A stretch of DNA of 64,000 nt from Patescibacteria group bacterium (GCA_040386515.1 JAZKFG010000005.1:9313-73312); one strand, 5' to 3'. Counted from the stretch's first letter, positions 1 through 9,683 are shown. Made by a program: numbers and translations. The notes: generated by a model from the letters alone, not told the origin.

Positions 1-401
1 TTAAGATCAAAAGCGCTAAATGACACTCGAGAAAGCGTTACCGCTGCCAACTGATCAAAAAGTGGAGATACGGCAGTGTGATTTCTCACTAAACCATCAA
101 CTAAATTAAGTCTATCTTGTAGATTTTTAATCTCAGTAATAGTTTCTGTAGTATTACGCTTTTGATATGCAGCAAGATCTTTCTCTGCTTGTGCTTTGGT
201 CGTGTTTGCCAATTTATCAAGGAAAAATACAACACCTCCCGAAACGAGACTACATACGAACAAGAAAAAACAGATAAGCGTTACGAGACTACCCGTAGTA
301 CTGTGACCTCCACTACTCTTTTGTATCTGACCATCCTCAGATACCACGTTATCAAGTGATGATTTTGGTATAAATGAAGTTGTTTGAAATCTTGTTTCCA
401 T
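1..401 (-). CDS. Membrane protein, PilN/PilO-like pilus assembly component; 3' end truncated by the window edge
   Basis: Minus-strand ORF starting with ATG at 399-401 immediately downstream of pilM. The translation (METRFQTTSF...LVTLICFFLFVCSLVSGGVVFF...) has a short cytoplasmic N-terminus, one TM helix and a periplasmic coiled-coil-like region. The ORF track did not list it because it runs off the window edge. Confidence 0.35.
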   Translation of the reverse strand, partial: METRFQTTSFIPKSSLDNVVSEDGQIQKSSGGHSTTGSLVTLICFFLFVCSLVSGGVVFFLDKLANTTKAQAEKDLAAYQKRNTTETITEIKNLQDRLNLVDGLVRNHTAVSPLFDQLAAVTLSRVSFSAFDL

Positions 402-446
402 ATATATAATATTTTTTTAAATATTCTATTCATTAGTATACCAAAA

Positions 447-1568
447 TCAATCCTGCAATGCACGAAGTGCAAGCCCGATCGCAGGTGCAAATGTTAATCC
501 GGTTGTTTTTAATGCTTCTTGCAAAAAGGCAGGAGTCTCAACTTTAGCAAAAGGCAATGAATATGCAACTTCGCATGCCAAACTTTTTTGCATAAGTTCC
601 AAGAATCCCTTGAGTCCTGAACTACCCCCCGTAAGCAGAACTTTACCGATTGTTTTACTAAACTTTTTTTGAAATGCACTGATTACTGATTGCACTTCAC
701 TCATTACGTATTCTTGATGAATACTGATAAGTTCTAAAATCTTAGCTTCGTCTGCCACGCCACTCTTACCAAGAGATCTCTTTAAATGCTCTGCTTGATC
801 AAATGTAATTCCCAAGCCTTTAGAAATTGAAAACGTAATATCCTGCCCTCCTCGGTTTATTGTGTGAGATGATACAAGCAAACCATTATCAATAATATAA
901 AGCTTCAGACTTGCTGCCCCAAAATCAACAATCATGACAGGACCAGATTCTCCTGAAAGACTCGCTCTGGCTGTTGCAAATGCTTCCACCTCAAAAAAAC
1001 TAGTCTCGAGCTTAGTCTCATTTACAATTGTCGTATAGCTATTAAGAACCTGATTATGAATAGCCACCATAAGTACATGCAGCTTTTTTTGATTTTCCTC
1101 TATTTGTCGAGTAGCATCGTCGTTTGACTCTATAAACTCCAAACTTGTATCTCGTGGCGACGGAATTACAAACCAATCCATTGTGACTTCATTGATTGGC
1201 ACAGGGATATATTTTCGCGCTTCAAGAGGAATCATAGTAGCAAGTTCCGCTTCAGCAACTGGAGGCACATCAATTACACTAACAAGACTAAGTTTAAGTG
1301 GAATAGACATTCCACCTTTAAGGGTTGTAATCTCAGCTTCTTTAATTAAATCCAATATTACAAGGGAAATATCCTTAGGCGACATATTAACAACTTGCCC
1401 AACAGAGAGTTTATTGTACGGTCCAAGACCTAACTCACCGTACGTTTCAAGTACAGCTCGGCCTTTCTTCTTCTTTATTTGCACTATTTTTAGTGACGAA
1501 GAACCTATGTCGATACCTATCACGCTGGTTTCAGGTATGGAAAAAATATTTTTAGTAAAAAAAGACAT
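447..1568 (-). CDS. pilM: Type IV pilus assembly ATPase-like protein PilM (actin/FtsA fold)
   Basis: 373 aa. The N-terminal VIGIDIGSSSLKIVQI motif and overall length are typical of PilM. Followed on the same strand by the PilN-like ORF. Confidence 0.75.
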   Translation of the reverse strand: MSFFTKNIFSIPETSVIGIDIGSSSLKIVQIKKKKGRAVLETYGELGLGPYNKLSVGQVVNMSPKDISLVILDLIKEAEITTLKGGMSIPLKLSLVSVIDVPPVAEAELATMIPLEARKYIPVPINEVTMDWFVIPSPRDTSLEFIESNDDATRQIEENQKKLHVLMVAIHNQVLNSYTTIVNETKLETSFFEVEAFATARASLSGESGPVMIVDFGAASLKLYIIDNGLLVSSHTINRGGQDITFSISKGLGITFDQAEHLKRSLGKSGVADEAKILELISIHQEYVMSEVQSVISAFQKKFSKTIGKVLLTGGSSGLKGFLELMQKSLACEVAYSLPFAKVETPAFLQEALKTTGLTFAPAIGLALRALQD

Positions 1569-1649
1569 ACGTTTAGATTATTATACCACTTATATTTTCT
1601 TTATCAAAAATTTACCAAAAGATTATGTGGTGTAGCACATACTTTTGAC

Positions 1650-2270
1650 ATGCCACTCATATATCATACAACATCTGTCAATGAAACCTTAGAGTCTCAT
1701 GTGTATATACGCTCATATAAAGATCCTGAGATAAAAGGAGCTATGCATGCCTATAAGTTCAATGGCGATACAAATGCCAAACAAAGATTTATTCTGTACA
1801 TCTTAGACCTATGTATTATTTTAGGTAATTGCATATATACTTCCCCTCCTTCAACCATGCATGCTCGAGGAGAAAAGAAAGTTGATAGTATGTTTGAGCT
1901 TTTAAAGAGTGCAGTTAGGATTTTGCGGCAATATACGCAAGGCAGTGCTCATGCTGCACAAAGTATATTTTCCATTTCATCAAAATATCTTAAGCATAAA
2001 AAAGCTCAGCATATTGGTGGCACACGAAAAATCCGAACTGCAGATATAGATAAGAGATACACGGTACGTACTGCGTATAAAATAAAACTTTGGATGAGCA
2101 TACACATACGTAAACAAAGGCATTTTTCATACGTAATACTCGACGACGTCTCCTCTACTGGCGCCACACTTATCGCTTGCCGAAATACCTTGTCAACATA
2201 CATGTCAATGATACAAAGAAAAAACCCAGATATTAGTTATAATATCCAGATTTTCTCTATTTTGCATTGA
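1650..2270 (+). CDS. comFC: ComF-family phosphoribosyltransferase-like competence protein
   Basis: PRTase signature VILDDVSSTGATLIAC plus the HIGGTRKIR motif typical of ComF/ComFC. Confidence 0.5.
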   Translation: MPLIYHTTSVNETLESHVYIRSYKDPEIKGAMHAYKFNGDTNAKQRFILYILDLCIILGNCIYTSPPSTMHARGEKKVDSMFELLKSAVRILRQYTQGSAHAAQSIFSISSKYLKHKKAQHIGGTRKIRTADIDKRYTVRTAYKIKLWMSIHIRKQRHFSYVILDDVSSTGATLIACRNTLSTYMSMIQRKNPDISYNIQIFSILH

Positions 2271-2330
2271 AAATTTTTAACGAAAAAAATCTGCATTCGT
2301 GATGGATGGCAATGACAAAATTCGAAAAAT

Positions 2331-2366
2331 AAAAAACCCACTTCGCGTAGCGGTGGGCTTTTTTAT
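2331..2366. terminator. Putative bidirectional intrinsic terminator between convergent genes
   Basis: A-tract, CCCAC...GTGGG stem and T-tract, lying between comF (+) and the helicase (-). Confidence 0.45.
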
Positions 2367-2379
2367 TTAGAGAATTTTA

Positions 2380-3894
2380 TTAAACGAATGTAAACGCCTT
2401 CCCTGTCCGCCCTGCTCGTCCTGCTCGGCCGATTCGGTGAACGTAGTCATCATGAGTCTGAGGAACAGTATAGTTGATCACGTGTGATACATCTTTTACG
2501 TCAATTCCTCGAGCAGCAACGTCTGTTGCAACAAGAACATCTGATATACCAGTTTTAAACTGATCAAGTGTTCGAGCTCGCTCTCGCTGTCGCTTATCAC
2601 CATGCAAGAATCCTGTTTTAAATCCTGCTTTTTCAAGACCATGTGCAACTTCTTCTACTTCTCTTTTTGTTTCCACAAAGATAATAGTTCTTGTAGCGCC
2701 TTCAGATTTTAACAAGTCGCATAGAGTTTTAAATTTATCTTCTCTTCGTACTTTGATAATATCTTGTTCTACAGTCTTAGTACTTCCTGGAACTGCAATG
2801 TCTACAACATGAGGTTCTTTTTGGAAAGTTTGTACAAGTGCTCGAATCTTTGGCGGCATAGTTGCTGAAAAGAATAGAGATTGTCGTACAGGATTTAGTC
2901 CTTTAAGGATCTCAGTAATATCATCAACAAATCCCATATCAAGCATATGGTCTACCTCGTCAAGAACAACGTTGTTGAACTGACTGTATACAATACATCG
3001 TCGGTGTGCCAAGTCTTTAATTCGTCCTGGTGTTCCGATAATAAAATGGTTTACCATTCGTAGATTTTGAATCTGTCGGAAAATTGGCATACCACCAACG
3101 CACACTGTAGAGAAAATTTTCATTCCTTTTGAGAACTCTTCAAATTCTTTATTGATCTGCATTGCAAGCTCACGTGTTGGAGCAAGAATAATAACTTTTT
3201 GAGTTGGATCTTTTAAAACCTTATCAATAAGCGGTAGTAAAAAGGCAGCTGTCTTTCCTGACCCTGTGTTTGCAAGTCCAAGAACATCTTGTCCTTTTAA
3301 TGCATACATAATAGTCTGGTCCTGAATAGGAGTAGGATTTTCATATCCTTTTTCCTTTAGGTTAGCCTGAACTTGATCTGCAAACTTAAAGTCAGCAAAT
3401 GTATGTTCTACAGATACTTTTTTAGTTTTAGCTTTTGCTTCTTTTTCAAGAGTAGCAACATCTGGTTTATATATAAATTTTGAGTGATCGATTCTTTCGC
3501 CTCGAGCAGGACCTCGTCCTCGTCCGCCGCCAAATCCTCCTCCACTTCTACCACCACCAAATCCACCTCGAGCTGGACCACCAAAACTTGGTCGTCCTGG
3601 TCGAAATGCCGGTCGGTCAAATCCTCCGCCTCGCTGACCTCCAAAATCATTACCGCCTCGTGGCGCGTAATCTCTTGACGGTCTTGGTGCAGCAGAAAAT
3701 CCTCCTCGTGAAAAGGCTGGTTTTGTAGGTGAGACATATGGTCTCGTTTGACGAACAATTCGTGTAGTGCTTGATGCAGTAGAAGGAGTACTTGAGAATC
3801 CTCTCGTTCGTGGTGATATTGATGGTTTTGATTTAAAAGATCGATCGGACGCATCACCTTGAGGCCGAGAGCTTATTCTATTTTTTGAGTACAT
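2380..3894 (-). CDS. DEAD-box ATP-dependent RNA helicase with an N-terminal Gly/Arg-rich (RGG-like) tail
   Basis: Core motifs are present in canonical order: motif I AxTGSGKT, motif Ia PTRELA, motif II DEVD, motif III SAT, motif V ARGID and motif VI HRIGRAGRAG. The first ~140 aa are RGG/GGF low-complexity sequence. Confidence 0.9.
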   Translation of the reverse strand: MYSKNRISSRPQGDASDRSFKSKPSISPRTRGFSSTPSTASSTTRIVRQTRPYVSPTKPAFSRGGFSAAPRPSRDYAPRGGNDFGGQRGGGFDRPAFRPGRPSFGGPARGGFGGGRSGGGFGGGRGRGPARGERIDHSKFIYKPDVATLEKEAKAKTKKVSVEHTFADFKFADQVQANLKEKGYENPTPIQDQTIMYALKGQDVLGLANTGSGKTAAFLLPLIDKVLKDPTQKVIILAPTRELAMQINKEFEEFSKGMKIFSTVCVGGMPIFRQIQNLRMVNHFIIGTPGRIKDLAHRRCIVYSQFNNVVLDEVDHMLDMGFVDDITEILKGLNPVRQSLFFSATMPPKIRALVQTFQKEPHVVDIAVPGSTKTVEQDIIKVRREDKFKTLCDLLKSEGATRTIIFVETKREVEEVAHGLEKAGFKTGFLHGDKRQRERARTLDQFKTGISDVLVATDVAARGIDVKDVSHVINYTVPQTHDDYVHRIGRAGRAGRTGKAFTFV

Positions 3895-3902
3895 TTGCTT
3901 GT

Positions 3903-3931
3903 ATCATAGCACAGTGTAAGACTGTTGACAA
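3903..3931 (-). promoter_or_regulatory. Sigma70-like promoter for the DEAD-box helicase
   Basis: On the minus strand the sequence reads TTGTCA-N17-TATGAT. The -10 element ends only ~8 nt before the ATG, so the message would be leaderless or nearly so. Confidence 0.35.
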
Positions 3932-3956
3932 GTCCCCCTATATTATGTTGGGGATA

Positions 3957-6179
3957 TTATTCTGGCGTTGTAGCAGAAGGAGTTTCTACGGTTTGAGTTG
4001 GTGTAGGCTCCTGCACTATTGGTTCTGGGACAATAACAGGTTCTACAGATGTTGAAGTACTCACAATCGGTTCAGACTGACTAGGCTGAACAGGTGAAGG
4101 TGTTTGAATATTTACATTAAACCCTCCCCCATTTTGAGCTGCCATTCGTAGAAGGTTTTTGAATTGATCTTTACTAATACACACTTCATCAGAACATACT
4201 TGTCCTTCTACATTTAGCTTTGAATCTTGTTTAACTGTAAATGTAGTATCGTCCGTAAACCATACAGCAATTTTCTCAACTTTTGCTGCCAATTCCTTCA
4301 CCGCATTCACAAGCGCCGCCAATATCGGACGATCAGCAAGAGTAAGAAACCCTCTCGCATCTTCTCCTACAGCTTCAGGAATATTCTCTTGTATGTTTTG
4401 AGCTGAGAACCCAGCATAGTTATTTACCGTGTCATATCCTGTTTCTGGTTTCCATTTATATACAATAGGGTTAATGCCTAGTATTTTATCTAATCCTGTT
4501 TTAAATTCTCCTTGTATATCTTTTAGTCTTTCATCAGATGATACGGTTACGTTACCAAGTGAGTCTACTACTAAGTTTGCTCCTCCACCTACGAGTGAGG
4601 TGAAGCGTATGGTTCCTGAGGCGGTGAGGTTGGCAGAGGGGGTTGAGGTGCCGATGCCGAGTCTACCATCATGAGTAAGTCTCATTTTTTCTGTTCGAGA
4701 TATTGTTCCTGATGCGATTGTTTCAAAAGACAATTCACCTGGAGCTGAAGTTGATGTCCAAGTTTGAGGAGCATATCCAGTAATTGCAGCTGCATTACGC
4801 ATTGATGTGCCATCATTTCCCCCAAATATTAAACCTGCTAATCTATCACCTGTTGCCATCGCTGCACCATCATTTGCATATAACTGTATAAATGAACCAC
4901 TTGAAGGTCCAGTTGCAGCGCTTGATTCACCAACGAATACTGCTCCAGATGATGTATTCCCTACACCAATTCCATTTGATCCCGCACCAGTAAACACACT
5001 AGTCGATGTTGAAATTTGCCCAATTTGTAATTTATATACAGGAGTTGTTGTTCCAATACCTAGATTACCAAGATGATCAAGCCGCATCCTCTCTGCTGGT
5101 GTTGCATTGTTTGCAGTTGAGAAAACTAAAGCACCTTTGTAAGTATTTATATCAGTAATAATTCCAGACATACGAGCAATATCTGTTCGAGTTGTACCTG
5201 TTCTTCGTGCAGTAAACAATATACCCGAACCTGTATTTACAGCCGCAGTTCCTCTGTTATCGAGTCGGAGAAAATCAGGAGCCGATCCACTAACTGAATC
5301 AGTGATATCGAGCTTGTATTCAGGACCTGTGTTGCCGATACCCACCAGTCCGCCGAACGGCGCCATCTGAATAGATCCCTTATTGGATGACAGATCATTT
5401 CCAGGAGCGATTTCGATAACATTATCATCAGCGCCTGCTGAGCGAATTATTGAGGCATTACCTCCATACATTTGCCCTGCACTTTGTTGACCTATAACCA
5501 ACCCTCTCCCTCCTGAATTTGCCCTTTCCAGAAAAATAAATTTATCTTTCGTACCCGTAATATGAATCCCTTGTGTCTTATTTACACCTAAATCAATAGT
5601 AAGTGCAGTGGTTGAACTCGCGGCAGTTGTTGTTCCAATAGCAACATTTCCAGCAGAATAATATGTAGTTGTTCCATTTGCTTGCCATAGAGATACTGAA
5701 GTCCACGTAGTTCCATTTGATGTATATAGAGTGTTGTCAGTAGTATTAAAATATAGTGATCCAGCAGGACCTACTGTTGGCGCAGAACTGTAAGAAAACG
5801 TTCCAAAAGATTTAAGAGCAGTTGGTGCAGCGTTGAGTGAAGTACGTGGAGATAGATCAGTGCCGTTGATATTTACTTGAACATACAGAGCTTGATCGAA
5901 GTTAACTCCTGTAGTATCTGATTCTGTGAATGAAGTACCAAAGTAACCATTAGCAACAGTTACTGTTTTTACAATTGGAGATCCTGTCGTACTTCCTCCT
6001 GAAAGCGAATCATAAAATGTAAATGTTGCGTTAACACTACTACTTAGTGGAGCACCATTACTAAAAAGTTGCCCCTGAAAACCTAAACTCTTTGAGGGTG
6101 ATGCAGCGAAAATACTTGCACTAGAAATAAGCGCAGTGATGAGAAAAGTGGAGATGAGTAATAAAGTTCTTTTCTGCAT
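3957..6179 (-). CDS. Secreted fibre-like protein, paralog 1 of 3. It has a signal peptide, a conserved N-module, a Gly-rich beta-repeat core, a C-terminal Peptidase S74-like intramolecular-chaperone domain and a Pro/Thr-rich tail.
   Basis: 740 aa. N-terminal signal/TM segment followed by the AASPSKSLGFQGQLFSNGAPLSSSVNATFTFYD module shared with 30384-34598 and 52899-54761. The C-terminus carries SSDERLKDIQGEFKTGLDKILGINPIVYKWKPETGYD...RGFLTLADRPILAALVNAVKELAAKVE, consistent with the SDxRxK autocleavage family. Confidence 0.8.
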   Translation of the reverse strand: MQKRTLLLISTFLITALISSASIFAASPSKSLGFQGQLFSNGAPLSSSVNATFTFYDSLSGGSTTGSPIVKTVTVANGYFGTSFTESDTTGVNFDQALYVQVNINGTDLSPRTSLNAAPTALKSFGTFSYSSAPTVGPAGSLYFNTTDNTLYTSNGTTWTSVSLWQANGTTTYYSAGNVAIGTTTAASSTTALTIDLGVNKTQGIHITGTKDKFIFLERANSGGRGLVIGQQSAGQMYGGNASIIRSAGADDNVIEIAPGNDLSSNKGSIQMAPFGGLVGIGNTGPEYKLDITDSVSGSAPDFLRLDNRGTAAVNTGSGILFTARRTGTTRTDIARMSGIITDINTYKGALVFSTANNATPAERMRLDHLGNLGIGTTTPVYKLQIGQISTSTSVFTGAGSNGIGVGNTSSGAVFVGESSAATGPSSGSFIQLYANDGAAMATGDRLAGLIFGGNDGTSMRNAAAITGYAPQTWTSTSAPGELSFETIASGTISRTEKMRLTHDGRLGIGTSTPSANLTASGTIRFTSLVGGGANLVVDSLGNVTVSSDERLKDIQGEFKTGLDKILGINPIVYKWKPETGYDTVNNYAGFSAQNIQENIPEAVGEDARGFLTLADRPILAALVNAVKELAAKVEKIAVWFTDDTTFTVKQDSKLNVEGQVCSDEVCISKDQFKNLLRMAAQNGGGFNVNIQTPSPVQPSQSEPIVSTSTSVEPVIVPEPIVQEPTPTQTVETPSATTPE

Positions 6180-6239
6180 GATAAATAAACGTAATATGAC
6201 TATTATTATATCTTTTTTGCGCTCAACTCACAAGAATTT

Positions 6240-7181
6240 CTACAGACTGAACAACGTCTTAGCCGTAAAATACACAACATAAAATCCAACAATCATATAC
6301 GGACCAAAAGGCAGCTCACTCTTAAGTTTCAATGCAGGCAAATATTTTATCAAACGTGCAGTAGTTTTTGATTTAAACAATCGAACATGGAGTGCATTAT
6401 CTTTATTTGAAAAAGCTTCAACAAGCTCTCGAAGAAGCATTATTGCAAGAGCCGCAATACATCCAATCCAGAATGAATAAATAATTGCAGTGAATCCACT
6501 TCCTATTCCAAGTGCCCAGCCAATCACAAGAGCAAGCTTTGCATCACCAAGCCCCATCCATCTTCCTCCCGACACTAGCCATAGTAGTGCAAATGGTAAT
6601 GCGGTTAACAATCCAGAAGAAATACTAAACAAGAAATCTACCGTTCCACTTGTACCAAAGAAAATAAGTGCCAGGAGCATTTTTGCCAAAGCAATGCCTG
6701 ATGCCAAATACACCAATCCATCTGGAATAATCTTATGCTTCATATCGTACACTGCAATAACAATAAAGAGTGCTGCGATTTTAAGATCAAATATTAAAAA
6801 CAAAATCTGAAGCCATGGATGTATTGCCAGCACATCAGTTACCGTTGATGTATCAAACATATGCATTCCGATAAATGAACCTCCGTGTGTTCCAAAGAAA
6901 TACGCATAAAATATACCTGTTAATAAAAATCCAGTGAGTAGTTCTACAGTTGGATATTGTGGAGATACCGCAGAATGGCAGTGTCGGCACTTTCCTTTAT
7001 TTACCACATAACTCAATACAGGAACAAGATCAAGAGGACCAAGTGTTGTGTTGCAAGAAAAACACTTTGATCTACCCTTTGCAATACTGAGGCCGGTATT
7101 ATATCGATAAATTACTACATTTAAAAAACTACCTATTACTATTGAGAAAATAAAGAATGTAAGTATGGCGAAATAAATCAT
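6240..7181 (-). CDS. pilD: Type IV prepilin leader peptidase / N-methyltransferase (A24 family)
   Basis: Polytopic membrane protein with an N-terminal CxxC...CxxC zinc-binding DiS-P-DiS-like segment (CFSCNTTL...CRHCHS) followed by the A24 peptidase region. Confidence 0.8.
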   Translation of the reverse strand: MIYFAILTFFIFSIVIGSFLNVVIYRYNTGLSIAKGRSKCFSCNTTLGPLDLVPVLSYVVNKGKCRHCHSAVSPQYPTVELLTGFLLTGIFYAYFFGTHGGSFIGMHMFDTSTVTDVLAIHPWLQILFLIFDLKIAALFIVIAVYDMKHKIIPDGLVYLASGIALAKMLLALIFFGTSGTVDFLFSISSGLLTALPFALLWLVSGGRWMGLGDAKLALVIGWALGIGSGFTAIIYSFWIGCIAALAIMLLRELVEAFSNKDNALHVRLFKSKTTARLIKYLPALKLKSELPFGPYMIVGFYVVYFTAKTLFSL

Positions 7182-7201
7182 GGTTATGAGTATAGCATAT
7201 A

Positions 7202-8092
7202 TTAAATAAGCATCTGAAGATACCGTTCATCATTAATAAGTTCTACCTCTTTATGAATCATATAGTTATAGGCAATATGACTGACTGCATTTTCTAAAAA
7301 ATGAGTTTTGAAATCATTATTTATAGAACCAATATTCACTTCAGAAAATCCAAGAGCAGTGAGCTGCCTTGCTCTTTCAACATATAAAAACACGCCTAGC
7401 TCTGTATACCCTCGTAAAACTTTATTGAACATAGCTAATAATTTTCCATTCAGAGCTGGAACGCAGAGCGTATATCCAACTACTTTTCCTTTATCTAAAA
7501 CTACTCCACCAATTAATTTTGGGTCATTTTGATATTGCTCTAAAAAATATAAATCATTTTGAGTTCTGGCGTATTTATTAAATTCCTCAGATCTTGTTGT
7601 ATTCCATTTTTCTATAAATGCTTTAATTCCCTCTATATGTTCTGGTTTGTATATTTCATACGTTAAGCCAATGTTTTTTCTTATTGCCTGATTGTATTTT
7701 TTACGAATGCTTTTGTTGGTTAGATCTGCAATAGATTGTAATTGAATTTCGTATTCAATATCTGAAATATATGGTTTGTCGGCTGGAATGGTTGAAGTCT
7801 GATTTGCAGCCATATATACTGGCTTAAAATATTGTTTAACAGCAGCAATCATTTCTGTGCTCGGATGATCAAATAAAAAGCGAATGTCGTTTAATTTTTC
7901 TTTATTAACAAGCAAAATATTTTCTGCACCGAACTCTGCAATGTATAAGCTTTTTAAGCTGCGAGTTAGGAATGTGTTTAGTACATATGGCGAGAAAAAG
8001 AAATACGGAAGGTATGAGCGTGATGAAAGAAACTCTTCAAGAATTTGATGAGCGTTTTCGGGTGGGATTTTGGTAATGGTTAGTTCGGACAT
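7202..8092 (-). CDS. Hypothetical protein (possible DUF2156/GNAT-like fold; weak)
   Basis: 296-aa ORF with no motif I can assign confidently. Confidence 0.4.
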   Translation of the reverse strand: MSELTITKIPPENAHQILEEFLSSRSYLPYFFFSPYVLNTFLTRSLKSLYIAEFGAENILLVNKEKLNDIRFLFDHPSTEMIAAVKQYFKPVYMAANQTSTIPADKPYISDIEYEIQLQSIADLTNKSIRKKYNQAIRKNIGLTYEIYKPEHIEGIKAFIEKWNTTRSEEFNKYARTQNDLYFLEQYQNDPKLIGGVVLDKGKVVGYTLCVPALNGKLLAMFNKVLRGYTELGVFLYVERARQLTALGFSEVNIGSINNDFKTHFLENAVSHIAYNYMIHKEVELINDERYLQMLI

Positions 8093-8097
8093 TTTTG

Positions 8098-8529
8098 CTA
8101 TTTCATCTTAGTAAACACTCTATCATCCTTACTCTCATCAAGATTCGGCTGCATCTTTTTCCACACCACTTGCATACCTGCATTAGCTGGATAAAAGGTA
8201 AATAACACATCACCCTTCTCATAAGTTGGAAGTGTATTCTTTTCTCCATACGAATCAAAAACCACATCGAATCCACTTCCATTTTGAACTACTGCTGCAT
8301 TAATATCTTTCATTGTCTGAAATCCATCAACTGAAACATGTGCCTTTTCATTCTTTACCGTAACGACATATGACCATGTTTGATTTGGTGGTACGTATTC
8401 TCCAAACTCATATGTTCCATTTGGATTTGAGGTTGCATATCTACTGCACATGTATGCAATAAGTATGGCAATAAGCGCGATAGCTACAGCGACTAGGTTT
8501 ATGATAGTTCGTTTCTTTTTCATTTTCAT
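8098..8529 (-). CDS. Hypothetical membrane-anchored protein
   Basis: N-terminal TM helix (LVAVAIALIAILIAYM) followed by a soluble domain. Confidence 0.45.
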   Translation of the reverse strand: MKMKKKRTIINLVAVAIALIAILIAYMCSRYATSNPNGTYEFGEYVPPNQTWSYVVTVKNEKAHVSVDGFQTMKDINAAVVQNGSGFDVVFDSYGEKNTLPTYEKGDVLFTFYPANAGMQVVWKKMQPNLDESKDDRVFTKMK

Positions 8530-8580
8530 ATATTCGATTATACCATATCAAGAAACCTATAAATCTGCTATGCTCTCTAC

Positions 8581-9168
8581 ATGAACATAACTTCAGCTAC
8601 ATTTGTCCGAGGATGCACTCATGACACAAACCTCATACAAGACAACATTCCTCAAATAGCCTTTATTGGCCGATCAAATGTCGGCAAGTCTTCAGTGATC
8701 AATTCTCTCGTAGGAAGAAAAGCTCTAGCTCGATCTAGTTCAACTCCAGGCTTTACAAAAGAAGCTAATTTCTTTTTGATAAATGAAAACACATACATTG
8801 TCGATCTTCCAGGATACGGATTTGCCAAAGGATCAAAGTCTGACCAAGAAAAAATTATGCGACTTATTCAGTGGTATGTGTTTCATCCTGATCTTGAACA
8901 AAAAAAGATTGTATTAATTCTTGATGCAAAAGTAGGACCATCACCTCAAGATGTTGAGACACTTCGACAGCTTGAAGAAGCAGGTAAAGATATTGTGATC
9001 GTTGTAAATAAAGTAGATAAGGTAAAGCAAGGAGAACTAAATAAAACACTTAAAGTAATTGATAGTGTTGTTGGAGGCCATACAGTTATTCAATACTCTG
9101 CTGAGAAAAAGATCGGCGTTGATAAGTTACGAGAGGTCGTATTTACAACAGTTAATGATATACTGTAA
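8581..9168 (+). CDS. engB: Ribosome biogenesis GTP-binding protein EngB/YsxC
   Basis: G1 motif GRSNVGKSS, G3 motif DLPGYG and G4 motif NKVDK, with the length and motif order typical of EngB. Confidence 0.75.
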   Translation: MNITSATFVRGCTHDTNLIQDNIPQIAFIGRSNVGKSSVINSLVGRKALARSSSTPGFTKEANFFLINENTYIVDLPGYGFAKGSKSDQEKIMRLIQWYVFHPDLEQKKIVLILDAKVGPSPQDVETLRQLEEAGKDIVIVVNKVDKVKQGELNKTLKVIDSVVGGHTVIQYSAEKKIGVDKLREVVFTTVNDIL

Positions 9169-9170
9169 AA

Positions 9171-9683
9171 ATGTTTAAACTCGTTAAAATCTTTTTAATT
9201 TGTGGAGTAATATGTATAGGTCTCATTACCTTAATTGGAATGAGCGGTGATACAGAATCTGATGAACCAGTATATAAAGTACATAATTCAGAAGAGATGC
9301 ATAAAGTTATTAACACTCTGATCGAAACAGGCACTCCTGCAGATTGTAAAAGAATGAAAGCGCCGTGGTTTACATTTTCAGATGAAGCATTAAATCCAGA
9401 ATTAAATTGCATTTGGAAATTTGCAAAGGCAAAAAAAGATGTGTCTATATGTAAGCTAATACCCAGCGAACAATTAAACTCATACGAACGTTTTTGCATT
9501 GGCGATGTTGTCCGTATCACTAAGAATGTAAAAGATTGTGATCAATTTTCTGACACAATCAAAGATGGGTGTATTTCCGAAGTTTCTCAAGCAATACCGG
9601 ATAGATTAATATGTAAAAATATTACGACACCTGATACACAAAAAGGATGTGAAATGGTTTGGGATAATATTTTTAACCAATAA
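9171..9683 (+). CDS. Cys-rich membrane-anchored/secreted hypothetical protein
   Basis: N-terminal TM/signal segment, and at least 10 Cys residues in the ectodomain. Confidence 0.45.
   Translation: MFKLVKIFLICGVICIGLITLIGMSGDTESDEPVYKVHNSEEMHKVINTLIETGTPADCKRMKAPWFTFSDEALNPELNCIWKFAKAKKDVSICKLIPSEQLNSYERFCIGDVVRITKNVKDCDQFSDTIKDGCISEVSQAIPDRLICKNITTPDTQKGCEMVWDNIFNQ

Noticed and set aside
162-490. Small ORFs 162-359 (+) and 281-490 (-) at the window start
   Set aside because: They overlap the better-supported PilN-like minus-strand ORF (1-401) and the pilM stop region, and have no features of real genes.
3408-3857. Long ORFs antisense to, or out of frame with, the helicase RGG region (3408-3857, 3480-3728, 3484-3678). 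Similar ORFs lie inside the fibre genes (4429-4674, 4807-5076, 30460-30819, 31924-32340, 33136-33558, 53590-54024), clpB (20014-20433, 20848-21390), infB (28078-28551) and others.
   Set aside because: They sit inside confidently identified genes on the opposite strand or in another frame. Their products are low-complexity mirror images of the real repeats, which marks them as spurious frames from biased composition.
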